A stretch of 64,000 nt of DNA from a virus (taxonomy: Duplodnaviria > Caudoviricetes), in IMG/VR virus record IMGVR_UViG_3300028534_000023, positions 1 to 64,000 of that record; one strand, 5' to 3'. A program made the translations under genes and the position numbers. This document shows, piece by piece, positions 7,775 through 17,520 of the stretch (position 1 is the stretch's first letter; every line of letters starts with the position of its first letter). The notes beneath the pieces are model-generated. The model searched no databases. It was not told where the DNA came from and saw only the letters and a program-made list of their open reading frames with translations.

Positions 7775-10159
7775 TTAAAATTTGAACTTTGTCTTAAATT
7801 GTTTTTCTAAGTTTTTTAATCTATACTGTTCTAACGGAGATGACCATGTAGTCATTACAAAATTTACTATATTTTTAGCTTCATCAAATGACATCACGTC
7901 ATTCATTGATGCTAGTTTATTCCATAGCTTAAATATACTTAATTGTCCCATACCGTTAGGTGCAGTTATAGCAAAGTCTAACTCTTTTAAAGGATCTGTG
8001 TTTATAGCTTTTTTTAGTTTGCTTTGTTCTGCTTTTGTCATAGTGTTGTTTTGTTGTAGTGTTACTATCATATCTTTATGTGTTTTACACTCCGACACAA
8101 AATCTGTACAATCATATAAATACCCGTTTTCGTTTACGTATACTTCTGCATTTTTATAACCATAAAACGGTTGTGCAGGATTAAACCCTGCCTTGTCTGC
8201 AGAAATAAGTAAGTCAGCTGCTATCTTAGATGCTATGCAACTGTATGTACTATCTCCATCTAGTTCTATATTTACTGCTAACAGTATTCTATATCTGTAT
8301 TTATTTTCTTTGTTTGATGTTGTTGCTATTATGTGTTTATATTCTATTAAGTACTCATGCATGTCTTTTATAGGTATATCAGATTTATCTACATCTATAC
8401 ACACAATTTTTGTAGATGACGTTATAGTATTTAAGTTTCTTTTATTTTTTACAAATGTTCCGTCTTTTTCTGTTACATCTTTATACTTAAATAAACTAAA
8501 TATAGTATCTTTAGTTAATACATTTTTTAATAATGTAAACGATCCTTTTTTTACATTTGTAAAGTTGTTTAGAAATTGTTTACGTCCATTTTTTGTCACA
8601 CCGTCTACTTTTGTGTATGAAACTAAGTACTTATCCGTTGTTTTTACTATGCTGTTGTCTTTACCAACACTTTCATCTAATTTTTTAAATGCAGAATAAT
8701 AGAATGTTTTATCTTCTTCAGAATAAGTTACTACGCCATTATTTCTAAGATATGAGTTTAAAGGTTCTAACAATTCTTTAAAATCTTTTGTCACTTTTGT
8801 AACATATCCTTGTGACATTGCTTGGTCCAGTGTTATGCTTGTTTCTCCTTCCATGAATAGATCACCTAGCAGTGTAAAACTTTTTGCAGATAGCATTACT
8901 GTCATTTTATCTAAATACTTTTCTACATACATTGCGTAATATATTGCTGATTCCATGTGATTTTTTTCTATTACGTTAGTTTCATCCAATAACGCAAATA
9001 AAGCAGCTATTCTACCTGTTTTAAATGCTAATCCGTTTATAGCTATAGCTTTTATACTGTCAGACGTATATAACTCTGCTCTTACTTTATTGTATTCAAA
9101 AAAATCTTGATACAGTAGACCAGCTTCTTCAGAAAACGACAATACTCTTTTTTGTGTATTTGTTAACATATTATCTACAACATTTGTTATTTTATCATGA
9201 AGTACTGTAGTTTTTATTGCTACTGTATTTCTACGCATGTTGTTTAACTCTCTTGCTTCTTGTATGGTTTCTGGAATTTTGTTATTTTCATAACTTTCTG
9301 CCACACCTGGATATACTAACCACGCTCGTCTACTCATAGCTGATGCAAACAATGTATTTATACTTTCTCTTACCTTAGCATCTCCAAATATAGATTTAGG
9401 AGAACTATGTAATAAAGCCGAAACATAACTATCGTAAATATCATCTACTTTCAGTTCTTCTGTTTTCAGTATCGATACAGATGTTTTTCCCATATCATAA
9501 AGTACTATAAGTAGTTGTAAAATTTCTTGTGCAGGTCCAGACGATTTTAGACTTGTTCCAAATTCAGTCATTTGTATAGATAAGGCTGATAACGAGTATG
9601 ATGCTATTTTGTTTAGTTCTGCAATCAATCCACTTTTTGTGCTCGTATCATCTCCTTCTGTTTGTGGTAATCTTCTCATAAATTGCTTACAATCATCTTC
9701 AGTAATTTCATCTAACTGAATACTAATATTATCTGCTTGTAGAGTTTTAAATGCTAATAATTTTGCTCTTTCTAACTCCTCTTCATATATATATTGTTTG
9801 ATTTTATTCATAGCAGTGTCACACGTTTTCATAATTGCCTGGTAGGCAGAATCTTTCCCTGATCCAGATGAGCTTAATACTACACCTATAAATGGAAGCC
9901 CTATGATGTCGTTACTGTAAACACTGTCATTTATACGTGGTCTTAATTGTCCTATAACATGGTTAAATCCATACATAGCAGTAGTAGCTGCAGCCACTGT
10001 AGAAAATGCAGGTGATTTGGCAGTAACTAATGCTATGGCATCTTGCATCACTTTAGTAAGTCTATTAGGTTCGAATGTATTTCCTACTTTTATTACGTCT
10101 TTTAAGATTTTTTCATATTCTATTACTAGTTTTTCTGCTTTTATTTTTCGTTGTTCCAT
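7775..10159 (-). CDS. N4-type DNA primase (N-terminal P-loop domain, C-terminal primase-like domain)
   Basis: SSSGSGKD, QMTEFG, LYDMGK, MSRRAW; C-terminal CIDVD...TTS...RYRILL. Confidence 0.8.
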   Translation of the reverse strand: MEQRKIKAEKLVIEYEKILKDVIKVGNTFEPNRLTKVMQDAIALVTAKSPAFSTVAAATTAMYGFNHVIGQLRPRINDSVYSNDIIGLPFIGVVLSSSGSGKDSAYQAIMKTCDTAMNKIKQYIYEEELERAKLLAFKTLQADNISIQLDEITEDDCKQFMRRLPQTEGDDTSTKSGLIAELNKIASYSLSALSIQMTEFGTSLKSSGPAQEILQLLIVLYDMGKTSVSILKTEELKVDDIYDSYVSALLHSSPKSIFGDAKVRESINTLFASAMSRRAWLVYPGVAESYENNKIPETIQEARELNNMRRNTVAIKTTVLHDKITNVVDNMLTNTQKRVLSFSEEAGLLYQDFFEYNKVRAELYTSDSIKAIAINGLAFKTGRIAALFALLDETNVIEKNHMESAIYYAMYVEKYLDKMTVMLSAKSFTLLGDLFMEGETSITLDQAMSQGYVTKVTKDFKELLEPLNSYLRNNGVVTYSEEDKTFYYSAFKKLDESVGKDNSIVKTTDKYLVSYTKVDGVTKNGRKQFLNNFTNVKKGSFTLLKNVLTKDTIFSLFKYKDVTEKDGTFVKNKRNLNTITSSTKIVCIDVDKSDIPIKDMHEYLIEYKHIIATTSNKENKYRYRILLAVNIELDGDSTYSCIASKIAADLLISADKAGFNPAQPFYGYKNAEVYVNENGYLYDCTDFVSECKTHKDMIVTLQQNNTMTKAEQSKLKKAINTDPLKELDFAITAPNGMGQLSIFKLWNKLASMNDVMSFDEAKNIVNFVMTTWSSPLEQYRLKNLEKQFKTKFKF

Positions 10160-12933
10160 TAGTTACCTTCTTCGTTCAATAGAATTTTTAACTGTTCCAA
10201 AGATATATCGTTTTGTATTTCTTTAACATCAGCCCAGTTAGAGTTTTTTGAAAAATCTACATCTAAGTTTGCATAGTTAGGTATTTTTTGTTGCACTATC
10301 CAATCCATCGTCATTAAATTTATTAATGTATTATTTACAAAATACAGTATCTTAGCGTCTTTTTTTACTTCTAAATATATAGAATCGTATATTGTAGCTG
10401 TTATTTTTATGTCGTCTTGTAACCCTGCTTTATCTATCGCTTTGTATAGTCTTGCATAAGCAATCGCAGTAAGTATACTCCAGAACTGCGAATTTGCATT
10501 GAATATTGTTCTAAATTCTTTATTTATATTACTGGATTTTATATAGCATCCTAAACCTAGGTATGATTCTCCAGTTTGTCTACATTCTGAAATAATACGT
10601 TCTTTCATTGTACCTATATCTTTGTATAACACATTCCAATAATTGTCGTAAATTTCTTGTGTAATTACACCACCTTTATCACTATCTGGCATACCTAAGT
10701 ATGCACATTTGAATGTAACTGGTTTAGAATTTTGTCTTAATTTTTTTAATGTACTGTTATTTTCTACTTCATTTTTAAATCGTATTACTTTTTCGTTGTA
10801 TGTTCCATCAGATCCTATTATCTTTTCAATCTGTTCTGTATAATACCCCAATGCATTATAACAATGTGCATCTAAATTATTATCAAAAATAGCTTTTTTT
10901 CCAGCATCCCCTGACAATTCTGTAATTATTCTATCTTCTAGTTGTGCGTAATCTGAACCACACACTAAAAAATCTTTCTCTGCTGTAAAGCAAGCTTTTA
11001 ACGGTTTAGCGTATTTACTATTAGATGATGGAGCATTTAACATGTTTGGATTAGAACTTGTATATCTAAACGATTTTGCCCCAAATAAATTATAGTTTCC
11101 GTATAATCTTCCATCTACCGTATACTTTTTAAATGCTGCTATGAAGTTTGTTTTTATAATGCTACTAAATGAAAATTCTATAAGCATTTGTGTTATTTCT
11201 CTTATATTCTCATCATTGGTAGTTTTGTTTACTATTTCTATAGCCTCTCTACCCCACGACGGTTCACCTGTTGTTTTTGAGTATTTTTCTGGTTTGACTT
11301 CCAAGTATTTAAACAGCTCTATTTTTTGTTTTGATGATCCAGGATTAAATTTTAATTTTATATCAATATCTTCTATCTTTTTATCGTATTTCTTGTTATA
11401 TATCTCTGCTTTGTCTTCTGCTAATTTTTGCATAGCTTGTTTTACGATAGTACTATCTTCGTTAAGAGTACCTTGTATCAAATCATTTAATATAGAAAGT
11501 TTTGTAGCCCTGTGTTTTTCATTTATGTTTATAAATTTTTTTATATCTGTTTTTGTCCATCGTATGGCTCCGTTTGGTAACTGTTTTTCTGGTATATACG
11601 AAAAATTTAGTGTAAGGTGTTCTAATACAGTGTTAGTTAAATACGATATATGATCTATTTTCTTACTGTTAAATTCAGTAGGTAGGAACGCTGTTGCCTG
11701 TTTTTTCTTGTTTTGCAGTTCGTTTATTGTACAGTCGTATAAATTTTTTTCTTTCATTTTTAGAAAGTTTTTTATTAATTCATTGTTATGAAGTGTTTCA
11801 TCAACTGTATTTAATACTTTTACTATAGTATTTTCAAGCTCTTCTACTTTATTTTCGTCTATTTTAATTCCAGTCATCATAAGACGTACTGTAGGGTAAA
11901 TTAGATGTTTTACTACATTTTCATAAAAATACCTTCTAGTTACTCTATTGTCTTTTTCTTTAGGGTTTGATGCAGGTAAAACACTATCTATTCCAACTGT
12001 ATAATCTTCTGTATCTACTTTTTTAAAGTTTTTGTGTCTATTTGCTTTATTAAACAAATAAAATGTAGCCATTGTATCTATACCAGCATAGTAAATCACA
12101 TTTTCGTTTAATATGTTATCTACTGTAAATAGATTTGATATACCTTCTCCCCAATTTCCGTATACTTCCTTTGCCAGTGTTTTTAGTCCTACTTCAGCTT
12201 TTTCTGAATTTGCATCATTTAATATAGTTTTCCACATTAGCATCGTATCATCTACTATAGTTTTTGGAAATTTTGAAGTTCTATCATATACTATTTTAAG
12301 ATCAAATGTAGCGTTATGCCATATTTGTTTTTTGTCTGTAGTAACTAACCAATTACATATTTCTTTATCTAATGTTTCTGATGTTACTGGCAGCACATAA
12401 GATGTTTCTTCATCCACAGCTATTGATATGTGAGTAATTGTTGTAAGTTTAGGGTACGATAAACCCGTTGCTTCTATTTTTTGTACTAATTTTGTTATTT
12501 CTTTATCATCAGTACATGTACTTAATTTTGTTTTCAGTTCTTTTTGACAACTAGTTGATGAATATTTAGATGCAGTTTCAAAATCACATGCAATTGTATC
12601 GTAGTCCGATATTTTTGTAATAAGTTCGTGCAACGAATTTACTTTAGTTACTGAAGTGTTTATTACAGCTCTGCGTATATCCAAGTGTGTTATATTAGCT
12701 ATATGATCTACATAAACTATTTTTTCGTAGTTCAGCGTATTAATATTTTTGTTATCTGTAATTAAAATTTTATTTGTAGTTATCTCTAGTAAATTATCTG
12801 TATATCCTACCAAGTGAGCTATTGATCCCCAATATTTTTTATATGACTTTAAAGCTAACATTAAATTATTTCGATATGTACTATGCATATATACTACTAC
12901 AGCAGGGTCTGCGCTTTGTTTGAACGTTGTCAT
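10159..12933 (-). CDS. Family A DNA polymerase with 3'-5' exonuclease (start ATG 12933 after GGAG)
   Basis: CDFET, WHNATFDL, YAGID exo motifs; motif A SDYAQLEDR, motif B RQNSKPVTFKCAY, motif C IYDS. Confidence 0.96.
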   Translation of the reverse strand: MTTFKQSADPAVVVYMHSTYRNNLMLALKSYKKYWGSIAHLVGYTDNLLEITTNKILITDNKNINTLNYEKIVYVDHIANITHLDIRRAVINTSVTKVNSLHELITKISDYDTIACDFETASKYSSTSCQKELKTKLSTCTDDKEITKLVQKIEATGLSYPKLTTITHISIAVDEETSYVLPVTSETLDKEICNWLVTTDKKQIWHNATFDLKIVYDRTSKFPKTIVDDTMLMWKTILNDANSEKAEVGLKTLAKEVYGNWGEGISNLFTVDNILNENVIYYAGIDTMATFYLFNKANRHKNFKKVDTEDYTVGIDSVLPASNPKEKDNRVTRRYFYENVVKHLIYPTVRLMMTGIKIDENKVEELENTIVKVLNTVDETLHNNELIKNFLKMKEKNLYDCTINELQNKKKQATAFLPTEFNSKKIDHISYLTNTVLEHLTLNFSYIPEKQLPNGAIRWTKTDIKKFININEKHRATKLSILNDLIQGTLNEDSTIVKQAMQKLAEDKAEIYNKKYDKKIEDIDIKLKFNPGSSKQKIELFKYLEVKPEKYSKTTGEPSWGREAIEIVNKTTNDENIREITQMLIEFSFSSIIKTNFIAAFKKYTVDGRLYGNYNLFGAKSFRYTSSNPNMLNAPSSNSKYAKPLKACFTAEKDFLVCGSDYAQLEDRIITELSGDAGKKAIFDNNLDAHCYNALGYYTEQIEKIIGSDGTYNEKVIRFKNEVENNSTLKKLRQNSKPVTFKCAYLGMPDSDKGGVITQEIYDNYWNVLYKDIGTMKERIISECRQTGESYLGLGCYIKSSNINKEFRTIFNANSQFWSILTAIAYARLYKAIDKAGLQDDIKITATIYDSIYLEVKKDAKILYFVNNTLINLMTMDWIVQQKIPNYANLDVDFSKNSNWADVKEIQNDISLEQLKILLNEEGN

Positions 12934-13041
12934 ATTAATCTCCATATTGTTTTGTTATACTGCCGTGTTGTAGTTATGTTTTTTATACGGTTCAGTTTAT
13001 TAAATACTGTCCATTCAAGCAGCTATGTAAAAATTTTATTT

Positions 13042-13255
13042 ATTATATATCTAGTCGGCATTTAACTTTATAGATTGTACAAGTATATTTCATAAGGAAA
13101 GATAGCTGTTAGCGTTAATTTTAATAGATATACACAATGTCTACTGAGTGAAATAACACCTGTGTTGTTTTGAATAAATGGTTGTTATGATAACGTTTAG
13201 AGAAAAATATTATCACTTGTAACAACCTAGGTTAAATGCCTACTAGATACATAAT
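13042..13255. repeat. Non-coding element bounded by 25-bp inverted repeats (23/25 match, extendable)
   Basis: ATTATATATCTAGTCGGCATTTAAC 13042-13066 vs GTTAAATGCCTACTAGATACATAAT 13231-13255. Confidence 0.9.
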
Positions 13256-13262
13256 TTAGTGT

Positions 13263-13305
13263 ACAAGTATATGCTAATTCATATTAAATTAGCATTAATA
13301 CTTGT
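13263..13305 (-). terminator. Long hairpin downstream of the helicase
   Basis: ACAAGTAT-ATGCTAATT...AATTAGCAT-TA-ATACTTGT. Confidence 0.55.
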
Positions 13306-13333
13306 TATATAATTTTTGGTATTTATTATTTTA

Positions 13334-14782
13334 TCATAGGTACGTAGCATTGTTTACTTGCACCCTTGCACGCGTCACTGCTACATAGTATGTATATAAC
13401 TTTGTTATTTCTTGTTCGTCCAATTGTTCTCCTATGGAATGTTTAAATACTACATCTTCTATCAATTCATTCATAGAGTCAGCTAAAGTTACTTTGTCAA
13501 ATGTAGCACCTTTACTGGTATGAGCTGTAAGTAATACTAATGATGCATTTGTGTTTTTGTGCTTTTTAGCGCTGTTGTACGCATTTATTATTGTTTGTGG
13601 ACCATGTACACGTATAAGTTTTACTGCTTGTTGCAGTTCAATATCATCAGGGATTTTTTCTGCTAGAAATGAAGTTTTTGGTAGTTTAGTATTTCCTAAT
13701 TTATATAGGCTATGCCATTTATTTACTATTTCTTGATATTCTTTAAATCTATCTCTCAATTCTACCATACCTGGTTTTGTTGAAATTACTGCTAAAGGTA
13801 CTTCAAACATTTGTTTTATTTTTGTTGCAGTGGCTAGTTTAAATTCGATGTCGTTTTTTTCACATTCTATCATCTTATTTATCAACCCTGCATTTGTGGC
13901 AGATATATAAGCCTCTGTTTTTATTTTGTAATTTTCGTCATAGTTCGTACCAGTAAAGGTAAAAGAATTGTCAAAATACATACGTGCAAAAATTTCAACT
14001 CTTTTTGCTATAGATTTCGAACATCTAAACGATTTGCTTAGTGGTAGTGTTTTAGCTTCAGGGAAATACTTAAACGCATCTACACAGCCAATAAAATCAA
14101 ATATTCGCTGTGCAGGGTCTCCAAGCAGTATTTTTTTATCTGCTGGATATTTTTTTACAATATCTAATGTAATTGGAGTAATGTCGTTTGCTTCGTCCAC
14201 TATCAATAGATCTACTTGATCTAGCTTTAATTTGTCTTTCATTACATAAATATGAAATTTTTTTAGATAAAAATCGTGAGTGCTTTGAAGTTCTCCTTTA
14301 CTCATAGCGTTTAGTATTTTTTGCCCTGCACTTATTGCAAACACGTTTTTTTCTCGTACGGCAATGCAATACTCTTTAAATGACAATTCTGTAGAAGAAC
14401 AAAACCCGTCTATAAGTTGTGTAGCACTCAAAAAGTGTTTCCAAGATATTTTAAACTCTTTTGGTATACTTTTCCATTGTACAAAAGGCGTTTTTGATAC
14501 AGTCATATTAGAACTTTTTACTATATAGTGATATGCTAATTGATGTAAATTACTTACTATCGCAGTGTTTGAAAAACCTTTTTTAGCTTCATCTGCAGCC
14601 ATTCTTCCATAAACAAGATAGCGTACCGTTCTTTTTGGATACGTATTTTTATACCTCTTTACTGCCTCAACTGATGTAGAACTTTTTGAAGTACCTGCCC
14701 GTGCTTTTATTAAAACTATTTTCTCAGTTCCGTATAAAATTTCTTGTATAATATTTTCTTGTTCTTCTGTCCAATCGTACAT
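13334..14782 (-). CDS. Superfamily 1 (UvrD/Rep-like) DNA helicase
   Basis: ARAGTSKS, LIVDEAND, GDPAQRI, SFRC, TAHTSKG, YVAVTRAR. Confidence 0.92.
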   Translation of the reverse strand: MYDWTEEQENIIQEILYGTEKIVLIKARAGTSKSSTSVEAVKRYKNTYPKRTVRYLVYGRMAADEAKKGFSNTAIVSNLHQLAYHYIVKSSNMTVSKTPFVQWKSIPKEFKISWKHFLSATQLIDGFCSSTELSFKEYCIAVREKNVFAISAGQKILNAMSKGELQSTHDFYLKKFHIYVMKDKLKLDQVDLLIVDEANDITPITLDIVKKYPADKKILLGDPAQRIFDFIGCVDAFKYFPEAKTLPLSKSFRCSKSIAKRVEIFARMYFDNSFTFTGTNYDENYKIKTEAYISATNAGLINKMIECEKNDIEFKLATATKIKQMFEVPLAVISTKPGMVELRDRFKEYQEIVNKWHSLYKLGNTKLPKTSFLAEKIPDDIELQQAVKLIRVHGPQTIINAYNSAKKHKNTNASLVLLTAHTSKGATFDKVTLADSMNELIEDVVFKHSIGEQLDEQEITKLYTYYVAVTRARVQVNNATYL

Positions 14783-14827
14783 TATGCACCTTATATATTA
14801 ATATATTTAGTTACGTTTATAGTGTAG

Positions 14828-15694
14828 TTATATTTCTTCATTCATAGGTTTATAAAGACAATGTAATGATTTAAGTCTATTGTCTTGACCTATTATTCCA
14901 CGATGTGACGGATTTTCTATATAATGTAACACTGCATCAGATATAGTTGAAAATATGTTATCCATCATTTCTAAATCCTTTTCAGTAATGTGTTCTTCTA
15001 GTACGTACGTTTCTGATGGGTATGACTTTAGTGGTTTACCTGTTCTTTCAGATAAACCTCCATCTATATTTGTAGAAATATACACTATACGATAGTGAGT
15101 CACATCAACTCCTTCATCTCTTAATATTTTTGCATAAGTTAAAGCTTGTAACTTATAACCATATGGTATTGATTTGATACGCTGTTTTGAAGAAGTAGTT
15201 TTATAGTCTACTATACAAGTACCTGGTTGATGTAATCCATTCACATCAATAAAATTTTTCACTGTAAGGTCTATTGAACCACCTATATACACTTGTTTAT
15301 TCATTTGTTTGATAACGAATTGTTCGGAAGTAGGTGATTGTTGTAAGATACCGTTAGAATCTATATATAGTTTAGCTACTTCAACCATGAAAGGTAATTG
15401 ATAATAAATGTAGTCAATATCTAAATCAGGTATTACTGCAGATTGTTCAGCTATGTATTTATCTATTTCTAGCTTTGATTCAGGTTGGTTGGTAACGTAA
15501 CATTCAAGATAATAATGTACTATAGTTCCAAGTACTGATGCAGTTGATCCAATAAACCCATCTTCTCCGTGCAAATTTTCTCTAAACCACTTTGATGTAG
15601 ATGTAAAGTATTTACTTATTTGCGAAGCACCTATACGTATTGTGTTTTTTGGCATAAGATGCTTTCCGTCGTTATATTCTAGCGTTGGTTTCAT
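14828..15694 (-). CDS. PD-(D/E)XK (Cas4/RecB-like) exonuclease
   Basis: GTIVH, GGSIDL, IVDYKT, QALTY. Confidence 0.88.
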   Translation of the reverse strand: MKPTLEYNDGKHLMPKNTIRIGASQISKYFTSTSKWFRENLHGEDGFIGSTASVLGTIVHYYLECYVTNQPESKLEIDKYIAEQSAVIPDLDIDYIYYQLPFMVEVAKLYIDSNGILQQSPTSEQFVIKQMNKQVYIGGSIDLTVKNFIDVNGLHQPGTCIVDYKTTSSKQRIKSIPYGYKLQALTYAKILRDEGVDVTHYRIVYISTNIDGGLSERTGKPLKSYPSETYVLEEHITEKDLEMMDNIFSTISDAVLHYIENPSHRGIIGQDNRLKSLHCLYKPMNEEI

Positions 15695-15925
15695 GTGTTC
15701 TCCTTTGTATTTATATGTACTGTTGTTTGATACTTATCTTATTGCAATAATATATTTAATCTGTTTTTAGAATTTTATCAGCTTTTATTGTACTTTTTAT
15801 TTAATTAATTGCACTTTTTATATAAATCTAATTTACAATGTATTTTATTCAGATAGTGATTTTTATAATAAATTTGAATACAAATTTTAATCTTTTTGTA
15901 AAATACGTTTTAGATCGATATACAT
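15695..15925 (-). pseudogene. Possible decayed ORF with nine in-frame TAA
   Basis: 77 codons from ATG 15925, no TAG/TGA, in frame with the nuclease ATG; weak SD, very AT-rich. Confidence 0.3.
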
Positions 15926-15958
15926 TTGTACCACACACTGCTAACACTGTAGTTAAAT

Positions 15959-16321
15959 TTATCTAAGTAAGTTAAATTTCTGTGAATTTAGAATATCACA
16001 TATTTTTTCTGCGTCTTCCTTTGTTTTAAAGTATACTTTTGTTGGAGAGCAGTATCTATAAGCATTGCTATTGTCTAAACACCAATAATCGTGATCTAAA
16101 TTTTTGATTATAGAAAAATTTGTCGCTCCATGAGAATATCTAAATTCATAGCCCCTACTGTTTGGACATTCTGCATCTCTAATAGCTAACAATCGAAGAA
16201 ACATTTTTATTTGCTTTATTGCTTTTTTTGTTGTCTCTATATCATTTCTAAAAATACCATCTTCTGTAAATATGTCAGATGAGATTAAAAATTTGTTTTC
16301 TTGTAGTTTTATTTGTTTCAT
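15959..16321 (-). CDS. Hypothetical phage protein
   Basis: 120-aa ORF with SD; C-terminal VYFKTKEDAEK motif common in phage accessory proteins. Confidence 0.75.
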   Translation of the reverse strand: MKQIKLQENKFLISSDIFTEDGIFRNDIETTKKAIKQIKMFLRLLAIRDAECPNSRGYEFRYSHGATNFSIIKNLDHDYWCLDNSNAYRYCSPTKVYFKTKEDAEKICDILNSQKFNLLR

Positions 16322-16450
16322 ACTTTGTTCCTAAAATAAGTTTTCACTATTATATGAAGCTGCTAGTGTTTATAAAAAGTTCTAACACCCAATAACTAAA
16401 TCTTTATTTTTATCATACTTTAAATCATCTTTCTAACCGTCTTATCATTA

Positions 16451-16582
16451 TTAATTCTCCTCTTTTTCACCATCTATAGTATTTTTCAACTCCTCTATCT
16501 CATCATTTGTTAGCATGGCTGCTCTACGCATGATAGTATCAATAGCTTCTACTGCAGAATACTTATCATATCTATTAATCAT
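16451..16582 (-). CDS. Small hypothetical protein (43 aa)
   Basis: SD GGAG; MINRYDKYSAVEAIDTIMRRAAMLTNDEIEELKNTIDGEKEEN. Confidence 0.55.
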   Translation of the reverse strand: MINRYDKYSAVEAIDTIMRRAAMLTNDEIEELKNTIDGEKEEN

Positions 16583-16615
16583 AATCACTCCTCCAAATCT
16601 TCTATTTATACGATA

Positions 16616-16909
16616 TTATGTTAATTTCTTTTCTTTTAAAAACTCATCCGTTTTTTCCATATTATACTTATCACTATATGGATCACACTCTTCATAAAGA
16701 GCCAACTTACAACATATTTTCACAATATCTTTATACCCCTCCTCATTTGCTATAGTTGCTATTTTTAACAATTTACTATGTAAGATAATCAAAGGCTGTT
16801 TCATCGCCCACATATTTTCATTATTATGCAAAATTTCTTCAAATAGAGACTTTACGTTTATTTTCCATTCTGCTTTTTTAAATTCACTGCTCATACTGTA
16901 ATTCTCCAT
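16616..16909 (-). CDS. Hypothetical protein (start possibly ATG ~16893)
   Basis: ORF track; GGAG precedes MSSEFKK. Confidence 0.7.
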   Translation of the reverse strand: MENYSMSSEFKKAEWKINVKSLFEEILHNNENMWAMKQPLIILHSKLLKIATIANEEGYKDIVKICCKLALYEECDPYSDKYNMEKTDEFLKEKKLT

Positions 16910-17102
16910 ATTTTACACTTACTAATACTCTTGTAAACCAGTGACTAAACATATCTAGTTTGTGTTTATCCATCTTGTATTCGTTGTTTTCTTTTCTCAC
17001 AGTTTCATATTCAAGATAAAACCCCTCACCAACTTATACTTTGTCACCTACATAAATAGGAACTCCTTTGCAATCAAAATATTGTGTAAATTCTATATCC
17101 AT
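16884..17102 (-). pseudogene. YopX-like ORF with one in-frame TAA
   Basis: SD AGGA; MDIEFTQYFDCKGVPIYVGDKV*VGEGFYLEYE...YEQ*; TAA at 17034-17036. Confidence 0.7.
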
Positions 17103-17112
17103 GTGTTATTTC

Positions 17113-17265
17113 CTATAAATTTATGTTGTCGTCAACACGTGTTTGAGTACTACTATTTTATAAAGTAATTTATTTCTTATATAGCGAGTAAACTATAATT
17201 TAATTATGTGGTTTATTTACTTCATAATCTGTTTTTAAAGTTGTGTTATAGTATATTTTAATCAT
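17113..17265 (-). pseudogene. 50-codon ORF with three in-frame TAA
   Basis: ATG overlaps the upstream stop; MIKIYYNTTLKTDYEVNKPHN*IIVYSLYKK*ITL*NSSTQTRVDDNINL; TAG overlaps the next SD. Confidence 0.55.
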
Positions 17266-17500
17266 TTAAGTTATTCTTTAAGCACCTGTATAGGTCGTAT
17301 GGTATGCCTAACACTTGTTCAATTGTTCGACGCTTATGATGTACAAGGTATCGTAAGATTGTAAATTCTCTCACTTCTTTACCTTGTTGTATATACCCAC
17401 CGTATTTTTTACCATCTATTTCTACTGCGTACGTAAATACGGGTAGTTCCTGTGCGAATTTAGGTAATGTTTTTATAAAAGTGTGTTTGATTTTTATCAT
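17258..17500 (-). CDS. Hypothetical protein
   Basis: 80-aa ORF with SD AGGA. Confidence 0.7.
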   Translation of the reverse strand: MIKIKHTFIKTLPKFAQELPVFTYAVEIDGKKYGGYIQQGKEVREFTILRYLVHHKRRTIEQVLGIPYDLYRCLKNNLND

Positions 17501-17520
17501 CAGTTATCCTATAATATGGT

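Noticed and set aside
14828-15694. Cas4-like nuclease as part of a CRISPR or anti-CRISPR system
   Set aside because: It sits in the replication module with no array or cas genes; an ordinary phage exonuclease
16325-16448. Possible small ORF remnant
   Set aside because: Mixed TGA/TAG/TAA stops in all frames examined and no consistent punctuation
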